64,000 nt of DNA. Origin: Balanoglossus misakiensis (Eukaryota; Animalia; Hemichordata). The translations under genes and the position numbers were made by a program. Where the stretch lies: assembly GCA_040954595.2 (NCBI GenBank), contig CM082586.2, positions 4,595,125 through 4,659,124 of the forward strand, in the 5' to 3' direction. This document shows, piece after piece, positions 1 through 12,300 of the stretch. Below the pieces are notes generated by a model, which saw nothing but the letters and a program-made list of their open reading frames with translations, had not been told where the DNA came from and did no database searches. Numbering within the stretch: the first letter of the stretch is position 1; the number at the start of each line of letters is the position of its first letter.

Positions 1-394
1 CGTCCAGGGATTTCTTGTTGGCGGGAAGGAAGAACTTTATCCAAGACCAAAACACCAACAGCCAGACACCAACCATGCCAAAGAGTGCTTCGAAAAGTTC
101 CTTTGCGGCCATTTTTATATCGTCAGCTCTGCCGTTTTAATACGTCAAGTGTATCTCTCTCCGTGTACCTTGATACACAGCTAAGGCCAGCCTCGCTTTG
201 GACCTTCCAATCTTTATGCAAACACGAATCCTCGAATCCCAGGTGGCGACGTAGTTCTTTGTTGGAAGTACCAGGGGTACCGTGCCCTGGAATTATCTAC
301 AAATCACACCAGTAATTCGCTACCCCTTTTCCATTAGTTATGTTTGATACAAGACACCGTTTATATTATTCTACAGAGAGACTTTGTCCCTTTA
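1..394. mobile_element. Right end of an interspersed repeat ending AGAGAGACTTTGTCCCTTTAA
   Basis: CpG-rich segment. Its terminus (374-394) recurs exactly at ~35719-35739, and 318-348 recurs inverted at ~35687-35718. Confidence 0.5.
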
Positions 395-624
395 ATCATT
401 GAGTGCTTTACAGTATTTTTTTCAGATCCTTAGAAACACCACTGAGACAAAGAACCAGGGTAGAAAAGGTATTGCATTATGGAAGTTCCTGCATGACATG
501 CTTTTATTACAAAAGAATAAATCCAGAACTAGAGCTGTTGAGAAACAGTAACCATGGTGATTTGAGGAATTTTATTTCTCCAATAGAACACGCTTTTATT
601 TAATGGGAATTGATGGTGCAACTT

Positions 625-2959
625 CTACAGTGTCTTCAAGAAGTCATTGTAGTCCAGTACAGATGTTTTGGCAACATCTCTACAGAATAGTTCATCGGGA
701 AGCTTGAAGAGTGTTTCCATGGCAATGTATCCAGGTTTGCTAGGGTCATATTGAGCGCGGTCGAGCTTGACAAGATACTGTGGAATTAAATAGAAAGAAA
801 GTGGGAAAATTAATTATTTTCATACTGACTTTAAAGATTAGATAGTTTCACGATTTTTTTTATCGATGTGTAGTTTTTAAGTTCAATTGTGGCACATATT
901 TTGAGGGTCATCTTGCGGCCGTATTTTGTACAGCATTCCTTGTATGGCGCCCTCAAACATATAACCAATTATCTTTTGTTTTTATTCGAATCACCATGCC
1001 ATACATTTGTACATGTAGTGCGATTTTATTTGTGAAATTACCTGGTGTCTTTCTTTGATCCTTGGAAGACTTGCCCTGAAGACTTGAGGAAACTGAACAA
1101 ACTGTTTATGTTTGATTCCAACAGTGTTATGAAGGTAATCAAAGGTGCTGAGCAACTTGAATCTTCCTGAAAAGTCATAAAAAGTTACAGAAAGAAAATT
1201 AATGCACAGAATCTATTTTTGTAGAGATGCCATTTTCAAAATTTTTTCGGAAAATAGGGCTGGGATTAGTCACGTGAGAACAGTACAAATAAATACACAC
1301 ATGTTCATAGGAATACACATTGTTTGTACAGTGGTGCATTTCTGGGTTTCACCTATTGTTGAGCTTTACCTGTTTGTAAGACTCTTGGCTGACTCATGAC
1401 CAATTCTTTGAATTCCTTGGTGGAAAATCTCATCTGTTCTTTGAAAGAAAACACACTTTTCTTCACAGTCTCCAGTTTGCCTGTGACAAGCTGTGAAATA
1501 GTAAACAGAAATACGACTGTCCAAAGGAATATCTGAATTTTGACTGGCTTTTTCCAATTACCACATAATTCAAGATAGAGTTATCATATTCAGTGTTAAG
1601 CGTCAAAACCAACCTGCAGTACTTTATAAAATTTATACAGCAGACACTGTGTCATTAGGGATCTTTCAACACTTAATAATTGGCAGTGAGTTTGTCGAGT
1701 CAGTGGTGAGTTTGTTGAGTCAGTGGTGCGTCATATGGGCTCAGAGGGCACACTGATGTGAACTCGCCTTGGGTGTTCTTGTAATGAGTTGTCTAGTCTC
1801 TTCTCCAGTCAGATTGAATTCCCTTTGAAAGAATCCCAGTTTATTGTCCAGTCTCTTGATCTGTATGGTAGTCAGAAATAAAATACCTGATCAACATGTT
1901 GAGTTCATTCTTCACACGGGTTGTCAAAAAATACCAAATGTCAATTCAATATAACTTACATTATAATTGTAGCATGTACGATATATGGGGTAAGCAAACA
2001 TAATTTTAAAGGTAAATAAATGATTTATCACTGTCAACTCAAATTCATTTAACCCTTTCACCACCATGGTTCAGTCCAAACCCATTGTTTTCTATGGTAC
2101 GGTTGGACCTCTATTAGAGGCAACGGGGGGTGAAAGGGTTCAATGATTCTGACACACTCACACTGAAATTTAAGAAGAATGGCGCTCTGTTGATAATCTG
2201 TTCGATGCATTCATCTGTGAATTTCTTGGATTTCAAGTAATTCACTCTGGCTTCTAAACTCTGAACATCTTCAGTCAAAATGAACGGATTCTTCGTCAGG
2301 AACTTCCCCAAGTTATGATCTTCAACCCCAACAATGTGAAGAAATGCAATTTTATCCTTGACGTCCTTTGCAAAATCCAGTTTTATCAGCACATCTTTGA
2401 ATGTTCCTCTCTTGTCGATCTGTGACAAATCAACTCCCAGCCTGACAAGATTTGATAGCGTTTCTGATTTATCCACGTAAGCTGCAAGAATTGGCGACGG
2501 TGGCAGTTCAGCTGCGATGTAAGGTTCGATGCTTTTCAGGAGTTCCTCATCTAGATCAGTTAATTCATCACTAAACTGTCTCTTTTTCATTAGCGTTGTT
2601 TGCTGACTTTGAGTTCTGCTGTGACGATCTCCGTCTCTGTACAAATCACTGTCAACCTGGTTTTCATTTCCTGGCATGTTTACTGGTGCATCACACTCCT
2701 CCGGGTCATTTGATGCAATCTCATCTGCTATACCTTCAGTTGACAGATATCGAGACAATGCCATGTGCCTTTTCCAGCAATGCGACGGGTTGTTGAAGAG
2801 TCTATAATGCACACTCTTCTCAATATTAGTGCGTGTCATTGCAAGATATGTTACATGCCTCTGTAGGCCTATATGAATACTAGGTCTGGTTGTGATCAGG
2901 GCTAAGAGTGACCGTCCACAGGACTTCATAGTAGTTCTTGCGCTTGCAGCCATTGTCAT
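625..2959 (-). CDS. MTERF3: Mitochondrial transcription termination factor 3 (MTERF3/MTERFD1), 5 coding exons, ~429 aa
   Basis: Coding exons on minus: 2959-2162, 1860-1768, 1490-1370, 1166-1042, 777-625 (sum 1290 nt, in frame). N-terminus is an R/S/T-rich mitochondrial-targeting-like peptide. Contains LAAYVDKSETLSNLVRLGVDLS, IKRLDNKLGFFQREF, FDYLHN...QFPQVF...IKERH and RAQYDPSKPGYI...FLKTL*, matching remembered MTERF3 motifs. Probable non-coding exon 1 ends at a GTAAG donor near 3310. Confidence 0.93.
2049..2142. mobile_element. ~90-bp piggyBac-like MITE, copy 1
   Basis: TTAA-CCCTTTCACC...GGTGAAAGGG-TT(C)A terminal inverted repeats. Near-identical to the copies at 37442 and 43058. Confidence 0.75.
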
Positions 2960-3299
2960 GTGCTCACTCAAGTTCAACAATATCCTGAAAAGAACGATCA
3001 AATGTAAGACATACACACACATGCACATGAGTCACTTGTGTTTCCTTTGCCAGATGCAGAACTCAACCCTTAGTTGTGCTTGGAACAGAAGGAAAACGTG
3101 GACGTGTGAGGGAGCAATGCATTTCAATCAACGACTTGACCTAAGCATGGGGTTGTCTGATAGCCGCTACTGAAGGTCAGTGCGATCGCAGACTTGTAGT
3201 CTTACATTGAGGTAATGTCACGCTGTTTTAAATAGTGATCTTAACACTTAATGTAATTACAATATCAAAATTGCAAGTAAACTTCACGATGATGAAATA

Positions 3300-3602
3300 T
3301 GCGGCCTTACGTCGTGTTTACTAGACCTCCCACATGAATCACCTGCAAGTCGCCATATTTTAGACCCCCTAACTACTCGCTAACAAATCACTGCCGTATG
3401 ACATGTATAAAACGACAGAAAAATCCCGATGTCAGCGGATGCTAACTTCAAAACACTGCCAGCTGATGAATTTCGGCGAAAGGGTCAAGAAAAATTTCAA
3501 CAGAGACAGTTTCAAACCGGTTCTCTTCATAGGAAATACGACGGCTTAGGGATGCTTTCCAGCAGGTTCTGCAAGCCGGCCAGACTGATTGAGAAAGGAG
3601 AA
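3300..3602. promoter_or_regulatory. Bidirectional promoter shared by MTERF3 and PTDSS1
   Basis: CpG-retaining gap of ~300 bp between the MTERF3 first-exon donor (~3310, minus) and the PTDSS1 ATG (3603, plus). YY1-like AAATATGGCG on minus at ~3351-3360. Confidence 0.65.
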
Positions 3603-6085
3603 ATGGCCAGAAAAGGGCACCGTCGGTCAGGTTCAGAGCTCAGCGATCACTTCCCACTCATCAATGAACAGCAAGTCGACGATATTACACTGGAGTTTTT
3701 CTACAAACCGCACACAATCACCCTGTTGTCGGTGTCTGTACTCACGGCTTTATACTTCGCATTTACAAGGTGAGATATGCAAGCGTTGAATGTAAATTTC
3801 AGGGATGGTGACCTATCTTCGTGTTGTCACTCACTTCGCTGACGAAATATTGAAATCACGGCCTTTTTAAAATACAAAAGAATATTTTTTATTTACGTCG
3901 TTTGCACTGATAAAAATCTGCTTAGTATCACCTTTTATTCTGTGACGGCTTTACAATTTTTACACAATGTGTCGATTGATTGAAATTGACATGCAGTGAA
4001 AGTGACATTTTGTCGTCTGATCACAGATCAGTAATAATTCTAAACCCCAGACGGACGGAGGACTCCGAGGTGTGTGATCAATATTTAATATCACTCGCTC
4101 GAATTTTAAAGGTCCAAAGGATGCTGTTAGTGTTATGGAAAACTCAGTGGAAAAATAAATCATGATTCTAGGGTAGTTTTGATCAATTTTGTTAAAAAAT
4201 CAATTGATGTGCATTGGCCGATCCCATTGTTATTAAATTTGATTTGCATTGTCTTCCTCTCAGGGTGTTTTTCATTATGATACGTGAAAGCTGTGGTTAA
4301 AATAGGAGGGAGGGGGGGGGGTTTATCATTCAATGATTGTGTTTCACAAAAAATGAAACAGAGCCAATCGGAAAGGGCATATCATATATTATAAGTCACA
4401 GCACTTAATGAATTATTAATGAGTCATCTTCCCATCTGACACATGAACAGTTGTGCTGTACTGTAGATAGATAGTGATTGGCTAATTCCTGTGATGTTAT
4501 TGGTCACGGTCCACAGAGCAGTCCTAGTATCTAGGTCCATGGAAATATTTGAGTGGTGTTCTCATATTTTCCTTTGTGTCACATTCTATCCATCAATTTT
4601 CAGGTGACATTCTAATCTGAAGGTCTAGATTCAAGTGATAAAATATGTTATTGTGCAAGTTTATTGGATTCACAGATTTACCAATTCTATCAATTTTTAT
4701 CATACACATAAGGCAGCCTATTGGGGCACAGTACACCCAATCTATCTCTGTATTGTTGTTTGCACAAAGTATTCACATCCGCTGACAAAAAACTTGCCTT
4801 GTGCCCTCCAGATACTGTTATCATCCAACTGAACTGGCTTTGTCAGCTCTCTGTGTAGATCGCATCTGGCTATATGTATTATAAACCTTTTTCATCCAGT
4901 TTATGATCTACATTGTTCAGCTCGCCAAACCACTGCGGTACTGACTTGTCATTATTTTGCAGCTGTCTTTAATACTGTATATGTATTTTAATACACATAA
5001 CTCAATTTTCATAATGAAATTATGGTGGCAGTTAATAACTTCGCTGTGCGTTTATTGATTGACACTTTACTTACCTATGTTTCATGCTTTTTGAGTGAAT
5101 AGATCTATTTCCAGTTTGCAGGGGAAAAAATTGTATTGAAAACTTGCAGTGAGATGAAGTGAATAGAGAAAATGCCCTCACCTATTTATTCTGTGACTTG
5201 TTCACAGATGCTATGTAAACATAGAGCCAAAGTCAAAGGTTGATAATACTTTAGCGGAAATATCCGTCGTCAGGCGTATTGAAATGGATCAATAACGTTT
5301 GAAAATAAAGTCATGAGAAAGTGAAAAGTAACAGTTCATGGAGGCTTCGAAGTTGAATGGTCTCTAGATAGATTTTGTAAAAGACAATTGTTTCCCCCAA
5401 AAAACTATGTCCATTCTTTATCCTGGCAAAATGGTTTTCCTAGGTCAAACTTCCAAAATCAAACATTTATGTATGTTATTATATAAAATGTCGACAAGCG
5501 CCGGAAAGATCTCATAGTCAGATTATGTTACATCTTTACATACAATCTCCATTTACAAAATGACAGAAATTCTCGATGAATGAATATTTCATGCAGACAT
5601 TCTGTTTCTTGGAAAATTGAGCATCAAAATATGAAGTGATCAATTATTTATCCTTGCTTGATGTTCTTGTGAGACGCTGTAACTAGTGAACTGCACAAAA
5701 GATTTGGAGTCGGCTGTCAACGTGAATTTTTGTCTTTTGGAAGTGAACACAGTAGCTGCATAAATAAGTAAGAAGACAATCACATTGGACGAGGATAGGC
5801 AAATTAACATTTAATATGCTGGGACTGAATGTGCAGTTGCAAGTCGAGATGGAGTGGTCTGTTCTTGACTCATTTGATCATAAAAGTTGGTTTATTTGTT
5901 TTACAGAGATGAAGAGGTGAGCTCTCAAGACAACATCTGGGCAGGTGTCTGTTGTATGGTCTTCTTCTTCCTTATCATCAGCGTCTTAGCATTCCCAAAT
6001 GGTAAGTGATTTTATCAATCAACAAATCTATAGAAATTAATAATTAATAAACCTCCTTGTGCATGCATGATCCCCCCTTCAATTG

Positions 6086-6168
<83 letters not shown>

Positions 6169-6182
6169 ACAACATCATCATC

Positions 6183-6228
<46 letters not shown>

Positions 6229-6230
6229 CA

Positions 6231-6279
<49 letters not shown>

Positions 6280-6280
6280 C

Positions 6281-6322
<42 letters not shown>

Positions 6323-9300
6323 GCTTAAATAGTAGAAAAACATGTAGAGTGATAACAAATAACTTCAATACCTTCATTAAATCAGGTTGTGTCAAATTAT
6401 GAATTGATTGTAATTTTATAATTACAATATAATCAATGAAAGCTTGAAATGATTGTATTATACACCCAAATCACGTTAATTGCAAATATTCTTGAAATCA
6501 AAACTTGCTTTTGAATAGCTGAGTTTTGACATGATTGAATCTTTGCGTATTAACTTAACTCAAGGCTGGCATGCCAAGAGACATCCATTCCAAAGACAGC
6601 TGTCCATATCTTACTTGGAGATAGCTCATTAGCTCAAAGATAATCAGCAAGAAATTACATGACTGTAATCTTTCAGGCCTTTCCCATATCTGTTCAGATC
6701 ACTTAGAAACATTTTGTTACATTAAATAATTTATCTCTGAGCGCTCAGTTTGATGTTGTTATAGATCACTATCGTCTTCCATTAAACCAATAGTACAGTG
6801 CACTAGTGCTGCATGTGCGGCATTTGCTGTATAGGAAATGGTGTTCACATTTTCCAAACTTTACGTGAGTGTGCGAGATCTTACGTGGCTAGTTTATATG
6901 GACAAACAGCATATAAAGCAGCACAATTTTGTTAAACTCTGCACCTACAGTATACATGTGTATACAAAATTGTACAACTTGGCTAGTATCCCCGCATAAT
7001 CAAGTCTCGCGAGATCTCGCAATGAGTGGAAAATCATCTATGAACAACCAAATAGTCAAGTCAGTCATACTATGCTCACAGTCATACGAGCATACTCACC
7101 ATGAACTGACTTAGCTGTTCAGATGGTACTTGGTGTACTGAACAGGACTGTAACTGTGAGCAGTGATATAGAAACACCTTTACCTGGATATTGTCCATAT
7201 CAGAAATCATGACAGAGCTAGAGATATTTGGGTTTCTCTGAGAATAATGTTGGGGCCGTTGTTATGGTAACTACCTGTCTGATGTCCTTGAAAGAGCTCA
7301 TTACAATTTTCCTACATGCACGGCAGATGTGACATGCATGTAGATGATATTAGGGGATATTAGACCTTCTCATAAAGTGTGCATCAAATGAGATATACCA
7401 CTGGACCATCTGGCAATTTTGAAACAGTTCTCATCTTTTGACTTGACAGTCAGTATACTGTCTTCTATGTTGTAATAAATTAAAATAGAACAGGTTTATT
7501 TAGAATCCTCTCGCTATTACGTAAGGAGGCCACGGAAGCAATCTATAGTTAGATAAATAGATACCAAATTTTGTAAGTAAAAGAACACTCCTGTCAAGAT
7601 TTACTCATTCATTGATCTGCTACATTGTTTAAATTGTGGTTTTTCTCCCATGCTGAGTTCAAACTGGATTGAGCTTTTAAACTCTTGTGACCTCTCCCAC
7701 AGGAAGAACAGTACCAAGTACGTGCAAAATTCACTTATTTTTCTTAAGTAAAGTAGTGTGCAATATAAGACATAGGGTTGTTGTCATTATTTCATTTTTA
7801 TGGTTTATGAAAACAAAATGTAAACAAAAATAGAGAGAGTAAGATACCTTTAAATCAACCCATCCTTACCACTTAAATCCCACTGACATCTAACACTGTA
7901 GTAAACATAATATCTCAAATAGTTTGATCCTGAATTACACAGTTTATATTTTCATCTCCATGATTTGTGACTGGAATGACATATTGCATTTCTCCCTTTC
8001 TTAACAAATTTAAGTTAATCTTACTTACCTTGCAGTGCAAACTAGATAGTAATTAAATGTGGACATATTTTAGAAAACATAAAAGAAACCAAGAAAGCAA
8101 AAATCTATTTTCTGAAATATATAGATAATACTTACCTCTTCTGCCATAAAGTTTGGAGCCAATACGGCCAAAGTTGGTAGCTTACCTTTGCGGTTAGTAC
8201 AATAACCTCAGGTGACTTCAACTGACATCATAGTTTCTTGATGTTCAAATGTTGTAACTATGCCTGCATGGATGATAATCTGGAATTTGAAAGATATATG
8301 AATGTCATCACACTTTGTGGATGTATTTTAATGATATGGTCCACTCAAATTGTCAATGTTTTTTTCTGAACATAGATTTGTGTAATAAATTAGCTATAAT
8401 TGGGAATGTGGAAAAGTGGAATTTAGTCTTGCTTGCATGGTTAACATCCTGGATACTAAGAGGAAGTAAAAACAGTGGTATCTGTGTATTCATCTCTGAG
8501 TATAGCATTAAATGGAAATGCTTGTTCTAGCGCTAATGGATTTTTATTTCCATTAGATTGATGGAGGTTTAGATATGTTATTAATTATTATGCATGCAGA
8601 TAGCAGAATTATGCTACACAGTGATTCTACTGTACTGTTTGAGGTCCAAGGTATATGGCAGTATTATGGCATTTTCTTGGCAACTGACAGAAATCATTTC
8701 TAATAATTTTATTCTATTGATACAGACTCAAATGGCCGAATATTCAGAAATATAATATTTCTTACAACAATATAATTTGGAATTTTATATCAGCTGTATG
8801 CCCTAATTGAAGGGCAGCATTTCGCAGAACGTTGTATGATTTCTGGATATGTAAATCCAGGCACGCAAAGATAGCTTATTTGTAGACTACCCTTCGCTAG
8901 CTGCCTTGCAGGCATGTGACATGGTTGTGGCAATATCTAGTATACCAGACTCGCACTATTTGAAGAAGCATGGAGAGATCAATGAAAGGAATGTGTTTGA
9001 TTTGTATTCAGCGAATAATGAGATTACATCCATCCCCTTGAGTGGTGATATTTGGATGTGTTAAGTGCAAAATCAATACTTCACTTCAAATTTATGTAGC
9101 TCAATCATGCAGGGCATCCTATCTGTAGGTCATTCGTATGTTTCTTCTGATTTTTCCGCATTGTTTCAGACATTTGTAGTGAGCAGTATAGTCTTTAAAA
9201 ACATATACTGTATCATTTGTGTAATAGTATTAGCCGTTCTATACATCAACTGCATTCAACATGCAGGCAATATACCAGGAATTACCCTATTCTATTATTA

Positions 9301-12300
9301 ATTTATTCAAATTGGGATATATCTGTGCATTTTGTGGTCCAGTATTAAGCCAGGTTGCAGCAGATTAAAACCTTCAGTAATTCAGATCCACCATCAATCA
9401 CACGATATTGCCGCACAATTGAGTAATAATAACAATTTTCCTACAAATTAAATCAAATACAAATTTGTCGTTATCAGAAATTTCAAGGTTTTATAAAAAT
9501 CCATGGTGAGATTTGTTGAAAATAGCAAATGGCACATATTATTTTTCTCTATAAAGCATAAATGTATGATAAGTAGTGTTCTGTTGGCAAGGGGCAATTT
9601 GCAATAAATGTATTACAGTCTGAATACTGAATTATCATACAGCTCCTGATGTTACTTATGGTATTCTATTGTACAATACCTGTCTATTTTTTACAGTACA
9701 GCGAGTTGCAATGGGACTGGCATGTTTGTGTGTACTTAGGGAATTACTTTATTTTTGGCTGGATGCCAAATCGTTTCCATGACTTTATTCAGGTCTCGTC
9801 CGCTTTGATTTCATGGTGGATGGTTCTTCACCCTTCAAAGTGTCCCTCAAAGTGACGTAAAGTGAATGTCAAGGAAAGGGGACTTAAGTACAATGACAGG
9901 CTAACATTCTAAATAACAGGTTCTGTGTGTAACACTAAATTTGTTTCTACATATATAGAAAGGTATTTTATGGCAAAGCACCATAGGGTATACGGTAGCA
10001 TTAAGTGTATGATAATTGATTTTTCTTTTTACTTCAGGTCCTTTTACAAGACCACACCCAGCAATATGGCGCATAGTATTCGGTAAGTCCTCAGAATCCA
10101 AAATAAATGAACCAAACCTGCTAGAGATATTTATTTCTTGTAGATAGGACTGTATAGTAGAGGTACAGACTACTGATATAGTTGTGCTAAATGACAATGA
10201 CATTTTTAATGACAATTTATCACTCATTGTATTATTTCATATGCAATATCCACAGGTCTCAGCGTTCTGTATCTTCTACTGCTTGGATTTATACTTTTCC
10301 AAAATATCAGAGATGTCAACGAAATGATGTATGCACTTTACCCAGATCTCAGGAATGTCACACCAGATTCTAAGGTAAGACCCACAATAGTTCTACTCAA
10401 ATCATGAAATGTACACATTGGGATCCCTAATCTGAATATGTTTGGTATGAGTGAAATAGTTTTTGTGTCAGTATGAGTTGATTATATGTACAGGGATGTA
10501 TGAATAAAGTAACAGTAAAAAATTGTATAATAACTTTCTGTCTTAATAATTTTCTCTTTGCCAATCTCCCGAAGCTTTTCAACATGATCACAGCCTACAT
10601 TTACATGCAGACTGACAGACAACCTCCCTAATCCTTTTGAGATTTTATGATTTGAGTCACGTGCACTACGTGAAGTTGATGGAACCTGACATCAGCTCCA
10701 CTTTCATCTGCAAATCAATTAAGTACCCTACAGTGAAGTGGATTTAAAGTGAACAACGTGACCTACACACCAAGTCAGTGAAGCTGTGCTAATGGAGAAA
10801 GATATTTAACGAGTGGGGAAATGGCTTTGCCTAGCTCTCCATATGTGTGCCATTCCCAGACAGATCGAAAATTGTGCTTCTCCGAGACATTCTTTCAATT
10901 GCACATTTTCATTAAACGTATTGTAATGTCGTCGCATTGTCACTGCAAACTGCTCCCGGGAATCAAATAAATGGCTTTACGTCTGGTTTTCTACAGAGCT
11001 CTGACTTCTCAGTCAGTTCATTCGACGTTTCAAATTGGCTGTGAGCTATCCAAATTTACCCAAATTGGCAAGCCACACCCTGCTTGCTGTGATCATCGAT
11101 GCGGCGATGGGAAAATCATGGTGCAATAGGATAACGGCTTATCTTTCATGTCGTCGTTCCAGATCCCTCAAAATAATTCCAATGTGGAAATGGGGACGCA
11201 ATAACCCCTCGCAATGGCATCCTTGATTATACACACTGTCATAACCATAAAAAATGGCTGTTTGTTCTCTACATAGGGAATTTCCATCATGTATCTAGGA
11301 TTAGCATCATAAGGAGAGGCAGTAAAAATATTCTGTTTCAATCCTTGCGGTCCCAGTGTGTCGCTTGCACCATTGGCTTTTGATTTTCCAAGTAGATTGT
11401 GAAGACGGAACTCTCGGCTCTTAACTTAATGAGATCTGGTTCTAATCGGAGACCCTGATCTTTGTTCACTATCCCGAGGTTTCCGTGTGGGACACATTTC
11501 ATTTGCATAAATGCGAGACTTTCCGTGTACTGTAAAAAGGTTGTTGATACAGTTTTTAAACGCTCGGTAATTTATGCCATGAAGGTGGGCCCTCACTAGA
11601 TCATGACACATAGTACAGCTACATGTATTCATTGTGGTGTCATATTATTTTTGGCAATATACACTTTGTGTAAAATTCTCAATTATGTCCAAATACATGA
11701 AATTATGGCTTTGAGAAGACAACAACGAAGTCTTACAATTCTAATTATTCTGGTTAACCTAAAGGTGCATCATGTGTAGCTTGTGAGGTTCCTGTGGGTA
11801 TTTTGTTCCATAACTACATGAATTCTTAAACACCGCAGGACTGCATTTCAGTTGCCACTGGCAAAGTTCATCGTGATGAGGACTGTTTTTTTTTCTCACG
11901 ATGTGCTCATTGTGAGTTGAATTTCCACTTCAATGACCTCCATGAAAGTATCCGTGCCGGTTCAGCAACAGTCTGAAAATCAGTTAGTAAAATATTGAGA
12001 ACTCCTTGAAACGGGAAAATCGAGGTAAAATTTCATTAAAGGCATCAGTGGGATGTATTTTTCATAGTTAAATCAAATGAATCTTTTATGGAGATTGAAA
12101 AACATTTTCATATATGTAAGTAAATAAATTTATACTAGACGTGCATCAAATTTCATCAAAAGTGCTGCATTATTACTCAGCTGGTTCCCATTATTAATAA
12201 CGCAGCTGTGCTGGGGCCACTTCGCTGTTAGTATTCCTTTGTGTGTGTGTCCAATTCATCTCCATTCGTTTTCATTATTAGTATTTTATGAGTTTGAAGC

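Noticed and set aside
1685-1728. 20-bp tandem duplication GTGAGTTTGT(C/T)GAGTCAGTG in an MTERF3 intron
   Set aside because: Two-copy slippage duplication with no evident function.
3429-3602. In-frame N-terminal extension of PTDSS1 (MSADANF...)
   Set aside because: It overlaps the bidirectional promoter. Similarity to PTDSS1 begins after the Met at 3603, which gives a normal ~470-aa length.
6015-6402. Poly-His, poly-Ser, poly-Ile, poly-Asp and poly-Met ORFs in five frames
   Set aside because: All are translations of the (CAT)n microsatellite in PTDSS1 intron 2.
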